Part shown: positions 18,967-28,739 of the stretch, piece by piece
How positions within the stretch are numbered: the first letter of the stretch is position 1
Layout: every line of letters begins with the position of its first letter
From: Cyanobacteria bacterium auto_48_18
GTDB lineage: Bacteria; Cyanobacteriota; Vampirovibrionia; Obscuribacterales; Obscuribacteraceae
DNA: 64,000 bases
Direction: 5' to 3'
Assembly: GCA_036170915.1 (NCBI GenBank)
Contig: JAVHQC010000010.1
Span: 1 to 64,000 of the forward strand
Notes under the pieces: generated by a model
What the model saw: only the letters and a program-made list of their open reading frames with translations
What the model was told of the DNA's origin: nothing
Databases searched by the model: none
Program-made: the position numbers and the translations under genes

Positions 18967-20115
18967 ATGTCTAATACCGCTAATAAACCAGCCGAGGCCA
19001 CTCTGTCGCTGCAAGATTCGACGCCCAATTTATTCAGCCCGCTGACTATTGGCAAAGTGACTTTGCGCAATCGTATAGGCGTGTCGCCCATGTGCCAGTA
19101 TGCCAGCGTCGACGGTTTTGCCAATGATTGGCATCTGGTACATCTTGGCTCAAGAGCGATTGGCGGCGCAGGTCTGGTTATCGTAGAAGCAAGCGGCGTC
19201 GAAGCCCGTGGCAGAATTTGCCCTGACGACATGGGCATCTATAAAGACGAGCATATCGACATGCTTAAAAAAATTGCCGAATTTATGGAGCAGTATGGTG
19301 CCGTGCCTGGTATTCAAATTGCCCACGCTGGTCGTAAGGCTTCGACTAAAAATCCGTGGAAAATCGGCAACCGGCATGAGAAGCAGGAATTGAGCGACGA
19401 AGAGGGCGGTTGGCAGCCCGTTGCACCATCAGCGGTGCCATTTACACCAGGCGGCCGTGTGCCGCATGAGTTAACGACTGCTGAAATCAAAGAAATTCAG
19501 CTAGCTTTCCAGAGCGCAGCGAAGCGAGCTCTCAAAGCTGGTTTTAAATGGCTGGAAATTCACGGTGCTCATGGCTATTTACTCAACAGTTTTTATTCAC
19601 CTCTGGCGAATTTCCGCACTGACGACTATGGCGGCAGTTTCGAAAATCGCATTCGCATGATTGTAGAAACCACTAAGCTGGTACGCGAAGTATGGCCCGC
19701 CGACCTCCCTCTTGCTGTGCGCCTCTCAGCCTCTGACTGGGTCGAGGGCGGATGGACGGTTGATGATTCGGCTGAACTGGCTAAAATTTTGAAAGACCTG
19801 GGCGTCGACTTGATCGACTGCAGCAGTGCCTATGTGCGTTCTGGTGATCATTATGCATACGGGCCGGGCTGGCAAGTTCCGCTGGCTGAGACTGTGCGCA
19901 AGGAGGCAGGAATCGCTACTGCGGCAGTGGGTATGATTACTGACGCGAAGCAAGCCGATGATATTATTCGCCAGGGCAAAGCCGATATTGTATTGCTGGC
20001 CCGCGAATTAATGCGCGACCCTTACTGGCCATATCACGCAGCCCAGGCTCTAGAAGCCGATCTCGGCATCAATGCTAAAAAAGTATTGCCGCCCAACTAT
20101 TCTTATGCAATTTAG
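18967..20115 (+). CDS. NADH:flavin oxidoreductase, Old Yellow Enzyme YqjM/NamA type
   Basis: RNRIGVSPMCQY, QIAHAGRKAS, EIHGAHGYLL, RTDDYGGSFENR, RELMRDPYWP. Confidence 0.92.
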   Translation: MSNTANKPAEATLSLQDSTPNLFSPLTIGKVTLRNRIGVSPMCQYASVDGFANDWHLVHLGSRAIGGAGLVIVEASGVEARGRICPDDMGIYKDEHIDMLKKIAEFMEQYGAVPGIQIAHAGRKASTKNPWKIGNRHEKQELSDEEGGWQPVAPSAVPFTPGGRVPHELTTAEIKEIQLAFQSAAKRALKAGFKWLEIHGAHGYLLNSFYSPLANFRTDDYGGSFENRIRMIVETTKLVREVWPADLPLAVRLSASDWVEGGWTVDDSAELAKILKDLGVDLIDCSSAYVRSGDHYAYGPGWQVPLAETVRKEAGIATAAVGMITDAKQADDIIRQGKADIVLLARELMRDPYWPYHAAQALEADLGINAKKVLPPNYSYAI

Positions 20116-20180
20116 GGTGCAATCTAGGGTGCAATTTAAAAGTGTAATTCAAGAGTCCAATTTACAAGGGCAATATACAA
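20106..20180. repeat. degenerate 12-13 bp tandem repeat, ~6 units (tgcaatttaggg-like)
   Basis: tgcaatttaggg/tgcaatctaggg/tgcaatttaaaag/tgtaattcaagag/tccaatttacaag/ggcaatatacaa. Confidence 0.6.
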
Positions 20181-20193
20181 AGAGGACAACGCT

Positions 20194-21243
20194 GTGACCG
20201 ACACCACATCTGGTACCACAACCGCTGCTAGTGCTGCTACTTACAAAGCCTTTCAGTTGGGCAGCTTTAAGCTCGCAGACATTAATGCCTGCGAAAAACC
20301 GAAACTAAAGCCTCACGGAACCCAGGTGCTAATGCGGGTCAAAGCAGTTTCGCTGAACTTCCGTGACACTATGATAGCGAACGGAATTTATAGCAAGGCA
20401 ATACCTCTGCCTATCGTACCCTTGTCTGACGGCGCCGGCGAAGTGGTAGAGATTGGAGGTTCGGTCACTCGCGTTAAAATTGGCGACCGCGTGTCGCCTA
20501 ATTTTATGACCGCATGGCATGCGGGCAAAGTAAACAACGAAATCGCCAAAACCGCTCTTGGCGGGTTTATAGACGGCATGTTACAAGAGTATGTTCTGGT
20601 AGATCAAAATGCGCTGGTGAAAATTCCTGAGCATTTGAGCTTTGAAGAAGCCGCCACTCTTCCCTGTGCAGCGGTGACCGCCTGGCATGGCCTGGTGGTA
20701 AACGGCAAAGTTAAAGCTGGTGATACCGTGCTTGTAATGGGCACCGGCGGCGTATCAATTTTCGCCCTGCAACTGGCTCACCTGGCCGGAGCTACAGTAA
20801 TTGCAACTTCGAGCTCTGACGCTAAATTAGCCCGGTTGAAAGAGATGGGTGCAGCACACACCATTAACTACAAGACTCATGAAAATTGGGATGAGCAGGT
20901 GCTTGCATTTACCGGTGGTGAAGGCGTAGACCATATTATTGAAGTCGGCGGTGCCGGCACACTAGACCGATCACTGAAGGCAATCCGCATGGGTGGTCAT
21001 ATTGCGCTCATTGGCGTGCTCGCCAGCGGGCAAGTCAACCCTATTCCCATTTTAATGAAATCAGTCAATGTTCATGGTGTTTTTGTTGGCTCTCGCGCCA
21101 TGTTTGAAGACATGAACCGAGCCATCAGTGCAGGCGGATTAAAACCTGTTATCGATAAAGTATTCAAAGCCGATCAGATCGTAGAAGCGCTCGAATACAT
21201 GGAAAGCGGCAAACACTTCGGCAAAATCGTGCTCACATTTTAG
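20194..21243 (+). CDS. MDR-superfamily NAD(P)-dependent alcohol dehydrogenase/quinone reductase-like protein
   Basis: AVSLNFRD, PLSDGAGEV, EAATLPCAAVTAW, GTGGVSIFALQ, HFGKIV. Confidence 0.9.
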   Translation: MTDTTSGTTTAASAATYKAFQLGSFKLADINACEKPKLKPHGTQVLMRVKAVSLNFRDTMIANGIYSKAIPLPIVPLSDGAGEVVEIGGSVTRVKIGDRVSPNFMTAWHAGKVNNEIAKTALGGFIDGMLQEYVLVDQNALVKIPEHLSFEEAATLPCAAVTAWHGLVVNGKVKAGDTVLVMGTGGVSIFALQLAHLAGATVIATSSSDAKLARLKEMGAAHTINYKTHENWDEQVLAFTGGEGVDHIIEVGGAGTLDRSLKAIRMGGHIALIGVLASGQVNPIPILMKSVNVHGVFVGSRAMFEDMNRAISAGGLKPVIDKVFKADQIVEALEYMESGKHFGKIVLTF

Positions 21244-21258
21244 AGTGCTGGAAGCAAA

Positions 21259-21777
21259 CTAGTAAGACATCAATTTGGCGCGGCACTGTTTATCAGATGA
21301 TGTGGTGTTGGATACCGGTGAAGCCACGCGACCATAACTGTTGCCATAATTATATGCATACATGGCTGGTGCAGTGCGTGCCTGAGCCAATTGCAATGGT
21401 CTTACTCGACCGCTGACATCGTTATTGCTTCCGCGAATCTCGGTGGAAATATTTTTATTGCCATGAGGTGGCAATACCACAGGCTTGCTGCTGGCGGTGT
21501 GAGTAACTGTGTTGTATCTGGTAGCGGCGCGATTAATGACTTTGTAAGCAGCTTTGTTTCTATCGATTTCTGTCCAGTAGAAATGTTTGAGGTTGTGATC
21601 TTTTTGCACCAGTGGTTGTTCCCAACCTGAGCGGCTACCGTGATACTCGGCAACTGCTTGCACATGTTGGTCGGCCTGTACTTCGTCGATCATTTGAGCC
21701 TGCGCAGGGCTGGCCATAACTGCGGCGACTGTCAGGGCCGAAGCGACTATTAATGAGGAAGCAATTTTATTAATCAT
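21259..21777 (-). CDS. secreted hypothetical protein
   Basis: Signal peptide ending AQA; gagg SD. Confidence 0.7.
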   Translation of the reverse strand: MINKIASSLIVASALTVAAVMASPAQAQMIDEVQADQHVQAVAEYHGSRSGWEQPLVQKDHNLKHFYWTEIDRNKAAYKVINRAATRYNTVTHTASSKPVVLPPHGNKNISTEIRGSNNDVSGRVRPLQLAQARTAPAMYAYNYGNSYGRVASPVSNTTSSDKQCRAKLMSY

Positions 21778-21969
21778 AGAAACCTCGACAGCGGGTCAAG
21801 AAAGGAATATCAGGGGAATCAGTGGTAAATCGGGCAAAACTCGGTTCTTTACTATTAATAGCGTTTATTTGTTATCGAGTTGTAAACGGGGCAGGAAAAT
21901 TGAAAAATATTTGAAAGTAGGCGGTCAAGGCCCATACTATGAGGATTATTAAACAAGCGGGCGGATTTT

Positions 21970-22800
21970 ATGTCAGGACTGCCAATCGTAATAGCCATAT
22001 GCCTGGGTTCAGCTGTTTTGGCCCTGGTGGGCTTCAGCGTCAGCCGCAGGCTTATGAAACCTATAGATATGAGCGAGCATCAGCAGTTTCTTGATGCCAT
22101 GTTCAGCATTGTCGGCACGCTCGTCTCATTAATCTTGGGCCTGCTGGTAGCTGCCGCCCTGGATCATTATCAGAACCTCGAAAGCATTGTTGATGCCGAA
22201 GCTTCAGGCGTGGCTGAGATTTACAGATTTTCGCGTGGCATGCCGCAGCCCACCAGAGGCAAAATCCAGGCGCTCTGCGGTAGATACGTCAATCTTGTAG
22301 TCAATGAGGAATGGCCAGCCATGGCCAAAGGAATTATCTGCCCCGAGCTGCTGTACACCCTATTGCAGCTCAATGACGAGGTTGTAAGAATTCATCCTCA
22401 GCATGACGGCGAGAGCAATTTGCAGGCTGCGATGTTGCAGAGTCTCGACACTATTGCCACGGGAAGGCGGGAGCGCATCTTGACTCTATACAGCAGTCGC
22501 AATGAGCTGATTGGCCCCATGCTGATTATTGGCTCCTTGATTGTGCTGGCCTTTTCCTACTTTTATGTCAAACGCATTTCTATGTTTCACACAGTGGTGC
22601 TGATAGGCGTGATCGTGGCCCTGGGAGGCAATCTCGCCCTTGTTTACTGGCTGAATAAACCTTTTGAGGGTCACTGGCGCATTCAGCCCCGGTCGTTCAT
22701 TTTAAATATGCACGTAGTTAAAGAGTTGCATGACGCCGGCATGGCTGAACCCGCGGTAAAGCTTTCGCCGCCCGTCAAAACAGTCGCACCGCTTAAATAA
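21970..22800 (+). CDS. DUF4239 (bestrophin-like) membrane protein
   Basis: Four hydrophobic segments; VNEEWPAM, RRER, L.KPFEG motifs. Confidence 0.75.
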   Translation: MSGLPIVIAICLGSAVLALVGFSVSRRLMKPIDMSEHQQFLDAMFSIVGTLVSLILGLLVAAALDHYQNLESIVDAEASGVAEIYRFSRGMPQPTRGKIQALCGRYVNLVVNEEWPAMAKGIICPELLYTLLQLNDEVVRIHPQHDGESNLQAAMLQSLDTIATGRRERILTLYSSRNELIGPMLIIGSLIVLAFSYFYVKRISMFHTVVLIGVIVALGGNLALVYWLNKPFEGHWRIQPRSFILNMHVVKELHDAGMAEPAVKLSPPVKTVAPLK

Positions 22801-22801
22801 G

Positions 22802-23476
22802 CTAATCTTGGTCGAGAATATAGCCGCTGCCGTGAACAGTGCGAATCAGCGACGGCAATCCTTCCCTGTCGATTTTCTTGCGCAATTTATTGACGTGCAC
22901 GCGAACGGTATCATTGGCGGTGTCTTTTTCATTCGACCAGACTTTGTCGAGAATCTCATCCGAGCTAAATACTCGATTAGGATGCCGCATGAAAAATTCC
23001 AGCAATGCAAATTCTTGAGGCAAAAGCTTGATTTCGTCGCCCTGTACCAACACCCGGCGGGCGCCAGTATCCATGTTCACATAGCTGCTGGTCAGGTGTT
23101 CTGACAACAACTGACTCGGTCTGCGCATTAAGGCTTTGATGCGCACGTTGAGCTCTTTTGGGTGGAATGGTTTGGTCAAATAGTCGTCAGCGCCAGCGTC
23201 AAAACCTTCCGTCTTATCATTTATATTGGCCTTGCCGGTGAGCATCAAAACAGGCAACATGCCGCCTGCCGTTCGATAGCGGCGACACACTTCAAAACCA
23301 TTAATGTCGGGCATGCCCACGTCTAAAACTACTAAATCGTACTGATAAAGCTTGAGGCGCGAGAGCCCGTCTTCACCACAATTGGCGCACTCGACAATGT
23401 TGCCTTCACCAGCAAGCCATTCAGACAAAACTGAGGTTAGCTCTTCATCATCGTCTACTAATAAAAGCTTGGCCAT
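22802..23476 (-). CDS. OmpR/PhoB-family response regulator (orphan)
   Basis: REC (VLDVGMP, GADDYLTKPF) plus winged helix (TVRVHVNKLRKKI, IRTVHGSGY). Confidence 0.92.
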   Translation of the reverse strand: MAKLLLVDDDEELTSVLSEWLAGEGNIVECANCGEDGLSRLKLYQYDLVVLDVGMPDINGFEVCRRYRTAGGMLPVLMLTGKANINDKTEGFDAGADDYLTKPFHPKELNVRIKALMRRPSQLLSEHLTSSYVNMDTGARRVLVQGDEIKLLPQEFALLEFFMRHPNRVFSSDEILDKVWSNEKDTANDTVRVHVNKLRKKIDREGLPSLIRTVHGSGYILDQD

Positions 23477-23672
23477 GGAGCAGCGACTTCCTACTGTGCT
23501 GAGAACATATTATCAAGGAATAAAAGCTGTTTTTGGGTTCTCGGGGCACTTGATTTTCCGCGCCTATGACTTTTTACAACCTCTAGGTTGTGAAAAAGTA
23601 CAACTCAAGGGTTGTAAAATTTCTTAGGCTTTTGAAAATCGCTATCTCCCACCGAACCACCGGCAACAACAG

Positions 23673-23716
23673 ATTACCACCTGAGTCACCGGCAAAGGCA
23701 TATCTCAGGTGGTAAT
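23673..23716 (-). terminator. 13-bp inverted repeat downstream of nrdB (probable terminator)
   Basis: ATTACCACCTGAG-N18-CTCAGGTGGTAAT. Confidence 0.6.
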
Positions 23717-23761
23717 AAACTGCTTGGAATTATCCGCTTGGAATTGTCCTAAATGGAACGC

Positions 23762-24994
23762 TTAGTCCCAGCTCAAGGCTCCGCCGGTTTGATAGTCGAT
23801 GACACGAGTTTCAAAGAAATTCTTTTCTTTCTTCAAATCGATCATCTCGCTCATCCATGGGAATGGGTTCTTGGCACCAGGATATTGCTCAGGCAAACCA
23901 ATTTGTTTGAGGCGACGATTGGCAACGAAGCGCAGATATTCAGAGAACATCTGAGCATTGAGGCCAAGTACTCCACGAGGCATGGTGTCAACGGCATAGG
24001 CATACTCAAGTTCAACACCCTGTTTAACCAGATCAATAATTTCTTGTTGGAAATCATTGGTCCACAAGTGTGGATTCTCAAGTTTGATTGAATTGATCAT
24101 GTCGATGCCAAAGTTCAGGTGCATAGACTCATCGCGCATGATGTACTGGAACTGCTCGGAAGCACCCGTCATTTTGTTCTGACGGCCGAAGCTGAGCATT
24201 TGCACGAAGCCAACATAGAAGAACAAGCCTTCCATAATGATGTAATAGCCAATCAGATTGCGTAAGAATCTGCGGTCGGTCGCTTCAGTGCCAGTCTTAA
24301 AATTAGGATCGGCCAGCTCTTGAGTGAACTGCAGCTGGAATACGTCTTTCTCGTAAATCGAAGGAATCTCGCGGTACATGTTGAAGATTTCGCCTTCATC
24401 AAGGGCCAGGCTTTCGACAACATATTGATAAGCGTGTGTATGTACGGCTTCTTCAAAAGCCTGACGCAAGAGATATTGACGACATTCAGGGTTAGTGATG
24501 TGGCGATAAATTGCCAGCACCAGATTGTTTGCTACCAGAGAATCCGCAGTAGAGAAGAATCCGAGATTGCGCTTGATGATGGTGCGCTCGTCATCTGTTA
24601 AACCGTTTGGATCTTTCCAGAGCGCAATGTCACGGCTCATGCTTATTTCTTGCGGCATCCAGTGGTTAGCGCAGCCGTCTAAATACTTCTGCCAGGCCCA
24701 TTCATACTTGAATGGCACCAGTTGATTAAGATCAGCGCGGCAATTGATGATGTTCTTTTCGTCAACTGTAATTCGTTTTTGGGTAATTTCGATTTGTTCG
24801 ACGCCAGTGGCGCCCGCACCAGATTCGGTGGCAGGCATAACACTGACGCTAGACACTGTTTGTGTGGTGCCTATAGTTGAACTTGCAGTTGCAGCAGTGG
24901 GTGTGAAGTCTAGAGCAGGGGCAGTTGCAGTGAACAATGGAGTTGCGGTTGCTGTCTCTGCTTTAGCAGCTGGTACATCGTCGAAGCTAAGCAT
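23762..24994 (-). CDS. nrdB: ribonucleotide reductase class Ia beta subunit
   Basis: FFSTADSLV (Asp ligand), EEAVHTHAY (radical Tyr), [22 protein letters not shown]. Confidence 0.96.
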   Translation of the reverse strand: MLSFDDVPAAKAETATATPLFTATAPALDFTPTAATASSTIGTTQTVSSVSVMPATESGAGATGVEQIEITQKRITVDEKNIINCRADLNQLVPFKYEWAWQKYLDGCANHWMPQEISMSRDIALWKDPNGLTDDERTIIKRNLGFFSTADSLVANNLVLAIYRHITNPECRQYLLRQAFEEAVHTHAYQYVVESLALDEGEIFNMYREIPSIYEKDVFQLQFTQELADPNFKTGTEATDRRFLRNLIGYYIIMEGLFFYVGFVQMLSFGRQNKMTGASEQFQYIMRDESMHLNFGIDMINSIKLENPHLWTNDFQQEIIDLVKQGVELEYAYAVDTMPRGVLGLNAQMFSEYLRFVANRRLKQIGLPEQYPGAKNPFPWMSEMIDLKKEKNFFETRVIDYQTGGALSWD

Positions 24995-25075
24995 GTTTTG
25001 TTTCCTTTTCTAAGTTAAGAAAATTCGATTGCAAGGGTGGAGATTTCAATTGGCTTTAGGGCCAGTAACTATCAG

Positions 25076-27955
25076 CTACTGGCAGGCTTCACATTCAGGG
25101 TCAATAATTGAGCAAACTTTCGGAGCGGCGGTAGTTCCTTTAACAGGAATTGATTTAGCACCAGAGCTATTAACCGCGTTAAGCACACCAATTTGAGTGG
25201 TTGATTTCTCTGGAGCGGTAGCAGCCGCAGTGCGCAGGTAATAGGTGGTTTTGAGACCTTTTGTCCAGGCCATTTTGTAGATTTCGTCCATCTTCTTGCC
25301 GCTTGGTTCGGCCATGTAGAGATTCAAGCTCTGGGCCTGATCAATCCATTTCTGGCGGCGGGAAGCAGCTTCAATTAACCAGCGAGTATCAATCTCAAAG
25401 GCAGTGGCGTAAAGAGTTTTGATTTCTTCAGGAATGCGCTCAATAGGTTGCAGAGTGCCATCAAAGTATTTGAGGTCATGCACCATCACTTCATCCCACA
25501 AGCCAAGCTTCTTCAGCTCATCAACCAGGTAAGTGTTTACCACGGTAAATTCACCGGAGAGATTAGACTTGACGTATAGATTCTGGAAAGTTGGCTCGAT
25601 AGATTGGCTGACACCAATGATATTAGATATGGTGGCAGTCGGAGCTATGGCCAGGCAGTTGCTATTGCGCATGCCGTATTTAGCAACGCTCTCACGCACA
25701 TGCGTCCAGTCAAGCCTGCCGCCGCGCTCGAGGTCAAGAATTTGACCACCAGCTGCCACTCGAGCTTCGTCAACTAAGGCCAGTGAATCTTGAGGGAAGA
25801 TGCCTTTGTCCCAGAGTGATCCTTTATATGAGGCGTAAGCACCGCGCTCGCGTGCCAGTTCGCTGGAGGCGAAAATAGCATTTAAGCTCACTGCTTCCTG
25901 ACAGTAATCGGCAAAATCAACGGCTTGTTGCGAGGCATATGGAATGCGCAATGTTAGCAGTGCATCTTGGAAGCCCATGACGCCAAGACCCACTGGACGG
26001 TGACGCACGTTTGATTGTCTGGCTTTAGGCACGCTGTAATAGTTGATATCCACAACATTATCGAGCATGCGCATGGCGATGCGGCAGGTGTTTTTCAACT
26101 TAGCCAGATCAAGGGCACCATCGATGATGTGTGCCACCAGGTTGATAGAGCCAAGATTGCAGACAGCTGTTTCAGTCTCTGAAGTGTTGAGTGTAATTTC
26201 AGTGCAAAGATTGGAGCTGTGAACTACACCAACATGTTGTTGCGGGCTTCTTAGATTGCATGGGTCTTTGAAGGTCATCCATGGATGACCGGTCTCAAAC
26301 AACATGGTGAGCATTTTTCTCCAGAGAGAAACTGCAGGTATGGTTTTGAAAAGTTTGATCTGTCCATTGGCGGCTTTTTGCTCGTAGGCTTCGTAAGCAG
26401 TTTTGAAAGGAATGCCAAAGAGATTGTGCAGATCAGGTGTTTCTTCAGGGCTAAAGAGAGTCCAGTTGCCATTTTCCAGAACGCGCTGCATGAACAAATC
26501 GGGAATCCAGTTAGCGCTATTCATGTCGTGAGTGCGGCGGCGATCGTCACCAGTATTTTTGCGCAGCTCTAAGAACTCTTCGATGTCCATGTGCCATGTC
26601 TCTAAATAACAGCACACGGCGCCTTTGCGTTTGCCACCTTGATTTACTGCTACAGCTGTGTCGTTTACAACTTTCAAGAAAGGCACAACACCCTGGCTTT
26701 TGCCGTTGGTGCCGGCAATGTGCGAACCAAGAGCGCGCACTGGTGTCCAGTCATTGCCGAGGCCACCACTAAATTTAGACAACAAAGCATTTTCTTTCAT
26801 CGCATCATATATAGAACCCAGATCGTCAGAGACGGTGGTGAGGAAACAAGATGAAAGTTGCGGACGATGAGTGCCTGAATTAAACAAAGTTGGTGTGGAA
26901 GAAACAAAATCGAAACTAGAGAGCAAATTGTAGAACTCAATTGCTTTGTTTTCGCGCTCGATTTCATTTAGCGCCAGGCCCATAGAAACGCGCATCCAGA
27001 AGGCTTGCGGCATTTCAAAGCGGGAACCATCAGTGTGCAGTAAATAACGATCGTAGAGAGTCTGCAAACCGAGATACTGGAATTTAAAATCACGATCGCC
27101 GACAATCGCCGCACCGATTTTTTCTAAATCAAATGTGGCCAATCTTGGGTCTAATAATCCCGCTGTAATGCCTTTAGCTACATACTCAGGGAAATAAGTC
27201 TGGTAGCGAGTTTTCATATCACTCTGGCTGACTGCTTCGCCGAGAATTTCTAAACGCATCTGGTGCAATAGCAAGTGCGAAGTGACAAAGCTGTAGGCCG
27301 GATCAGTCTCAATCAAAGCACGAGCACTCATGATCGCTGAGCGAATCACTTCACCTTCTGGTACGCCTTCATATAATGATTGCAGAGTCGCTTCCATGAT
27401 TTTGCGGAAGTCAACTACATCGCCATGACCAGCACAGGCTTCTTGCAAAATTGCCTCAAGGCCAAGATCGTTAAAGGCAACTGTGGTGCCATCAAGTCTG
27501 GTGACGTTTGGACCACTCATGGTTTGCACTGATGCAGGAAGCGCAGCCTCACGCTCGGCACGTTCTCTTGAACGAGCTTCGCGATAAAGTACATAGCCAC
27601 GAGCAACTTCTTGTTCGCCCGCGCGCATAAGCGCCAGTTCGACCTGGTCTTGTACATGCTCGATATGCAGCACGCCGCCTTCGGGCAAACGACGCATCAA
27701 TGTTTCGGTGACTTGACCGGTCAGCTTGTTGACGAGATCTCTGACTTTAGAACTGTCGGAGCCATGAGTGCCTTCTACCGCGAGAAAAGCTTTTGTCAGT
27801 GCTACAGCGATTTTAGATGGATTGAATTCCACCACATTGCCATTGCGCCTCAACACTTTATAGAGCACAAACTGGCTCACCAGCGTCTCGTTCAAACCGA
27901 AGTTTGCACCGGCAGACTCTGCGTGTGTGGTGGCAGCTGTAAGCACTTGACTCAT
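25076..27955 (-). CDS. nrdA: ribonucleotide reductase class Ia alpha subunit with N-terminal ATP-cone(s)
   Basis: VLRRNG ATP cone, TPTLFNSG, QLSSCF, SSNLCTEI, APTATIS, KTTYYLR, C-terminal CEACQ. Confidence 0.96.
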   Translation of the reverse strand: MSQVLTAATTHAESAGANFGLNETLVSQFVLYKVLRRNGNVVEFNPSKIAVALTKAFLAVEGTHGSDSSKVRDLVNKLTGQVTETLMRRLPEGGVLHIEHVQDQVELALMRAGEQEVARGYVLYREARSRERAEREAALPASVQTMSGPNVTRLDGTTVAFNDLGLEAILQEACAGHGDVVDFRKIMEATLQSLYEGVPEGEVIRSAIMSARALIETDPAYSFVTSHLLLHQMRLEILGEAVSQSDMKTRYQTYFPEYVAKGITAGLLDPRLATFDLEKIGAAIVGDRDFKFQYLGLQTLYDRYLLHTDGSRFEMPQAFWMRVSMGLALNEIERENKAIEFYNLLSSFDFVSSTPTLFNSGTHRPQLSSCFLTTVSDDLGSIYDAMKENALLSKFSGGLGNDWTPVRALGSHIAGTNGKSQGVVPFLKVVNDTAVAVNQGGKRKGAVCCYLETWHMDIEEFLELRKNTGDDRRRTHDMNSANWIPDLFMQRVLENGNWTLFSPEETPDLHNLFGIPFKTAYEAYEQKAANGQIKLFKTIPAVSLWRKMLTMLFETGHPWMTFKDPCNLRSPQQHVGVVHSSNLCTEITLNTSETETAVCNLGSINLVAHIIDGALDLAKLKNTCRIAMRMLDNVVDINYYSVPKARQSNVRHRPVGLGVMGFQDALLTLRIPYASQQAVDFADYCQEAVSLNAIFASSELARERGAYASYKGSLWDKGIFPQDSLALVDEARVAAGGQILDLERGGRLDWTHVRESVAKYGMRNSNCLAIAPTATISNIIGVSQSIEPTFQNLYVKSNLSGEFTVVNTYLVDELKKLGLWDEVMVHDLKYFDGTLQPIERIPEEIKTLYATAFEIDTRWLIEAASRRQKWIDQAQSLNLYMAEPSGKKMDEIYKMAWTKGLKTTYYLRTAAATAPEKSTTQIGVLNAVNSSGAKSIPVKGTTAAPKVCSIIDPECEACQ

Positions 27956-28009
27956 TCTTGTCTTTCTCCTGGTTTACCAATGTGGCGTTTCTGCATTTAA
28001 GATTCGTCG

Positions 28010-28047
28010 AAAAATAAACCCTCTTAGTGGTTTTCAACCAAGAGGGT
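28010..28047 (-). terminator. intrinsic terminator in the nrdA leader (riboswitch expression platform)
   Basis: Minus strand ACCCUCUU-GGUUGAAAACCACU-AAGAGGGU followed by UUAUUUUU. Confidence 0.75.
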
Positions 28048-28099
28048 CGATAGTGCAAAGTCTGGGTAGACTTCGCCTTCAACACGTACCCCTCTTACT

Positions 28100-28206
28100 C
28101 CACGAAGATGGTGTCCGATGTGCCCTGGTGGGTAGCCTGACTGAGGATTCTCATCCTATTACAGTTGCGGGACAGCGATGGATTTGCACCATTCTTCCCC
28201 CACCAG
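28100..28206 (-). promoter_or_regulatory. cobalamin riboswitch (compact, no P8-P12 extension) upstream of nrdAB
   Basis: CUGGUGGG...CCCACCAG closing stem, GGGAAG, UGGUGCAAAUCCA T-loop, GCUGUCCCGCAACUGUAA, B12-box AGUCAG; downstream GGACA complementary to the L5 loop UGUCC. Confidence 0.9.
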
Positions 28207-28739
28207 ATTAGTTCAGTACTCTTCGCAAGCCGATCGAACTTTTCAAATACGCTTTCTAGTAAAAAGAAGCGATTAAAATCGCCTCTCTCAGGTCCACAAG
28301 AAACTTGCTTCACTAAGGGAGTATTCGTTTTTGTATTGTTCAACCGACTTAAAAGGAGCTTTGAACTGATCCCTGTTCTTCAGGGCACTCAGTTAAATTT
28401 TGCGATAAATCTCCTGTAGTCGATTCGCATTGACAGCAAGGTAACACTTGCAAAAAAACAATACAATAGCTACCCCAAAACGATCAAAAAAAGAACTCAA
28501 AGCGCCGAGCCTATCGAGCTTAGACCATGGGAGACTAGGCAAATGGAGATCCCAGTAATCACCAAAGATGACACCACTGCGTATATCTTTCCAGGCTAAG
28601 TGCGTATGCATTAGCTGTGTAGCCTTGACCATATTCACCAATTAAATTTGCAGAAAGGCGATGATAAAAGAAGAATTCATTGTTTTTTCGCCGATATATA
28701 AGCGCCGGCAAAGCCTATATACTTTTCCTTAAGCGCCTC

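Noticed and set aside
20106..20180. CRISPR array
   Set aside because: Units are 12-13 bp with no unique spacers, and no cas genes are present in the window.
23576..23615. NrdR boxes
   Set aside because: The core lacks the ATAT centre of the NrdR consensus, the spacing is atypical, and the site is downstream of nrdB.
23762..24994. Class Ic (Mn/Fe) R2c assignment
   Set aside because: It has the Asp ligand (TADSL) and radical Tyr (HTHAY), not the Glu/Phe of class Ic.
27858..28641. Short ORFs in the nrdA upstream region
   Set aside because: They overlap the riboswitch/attenuator or lack an SD and protein-like features; not supported.
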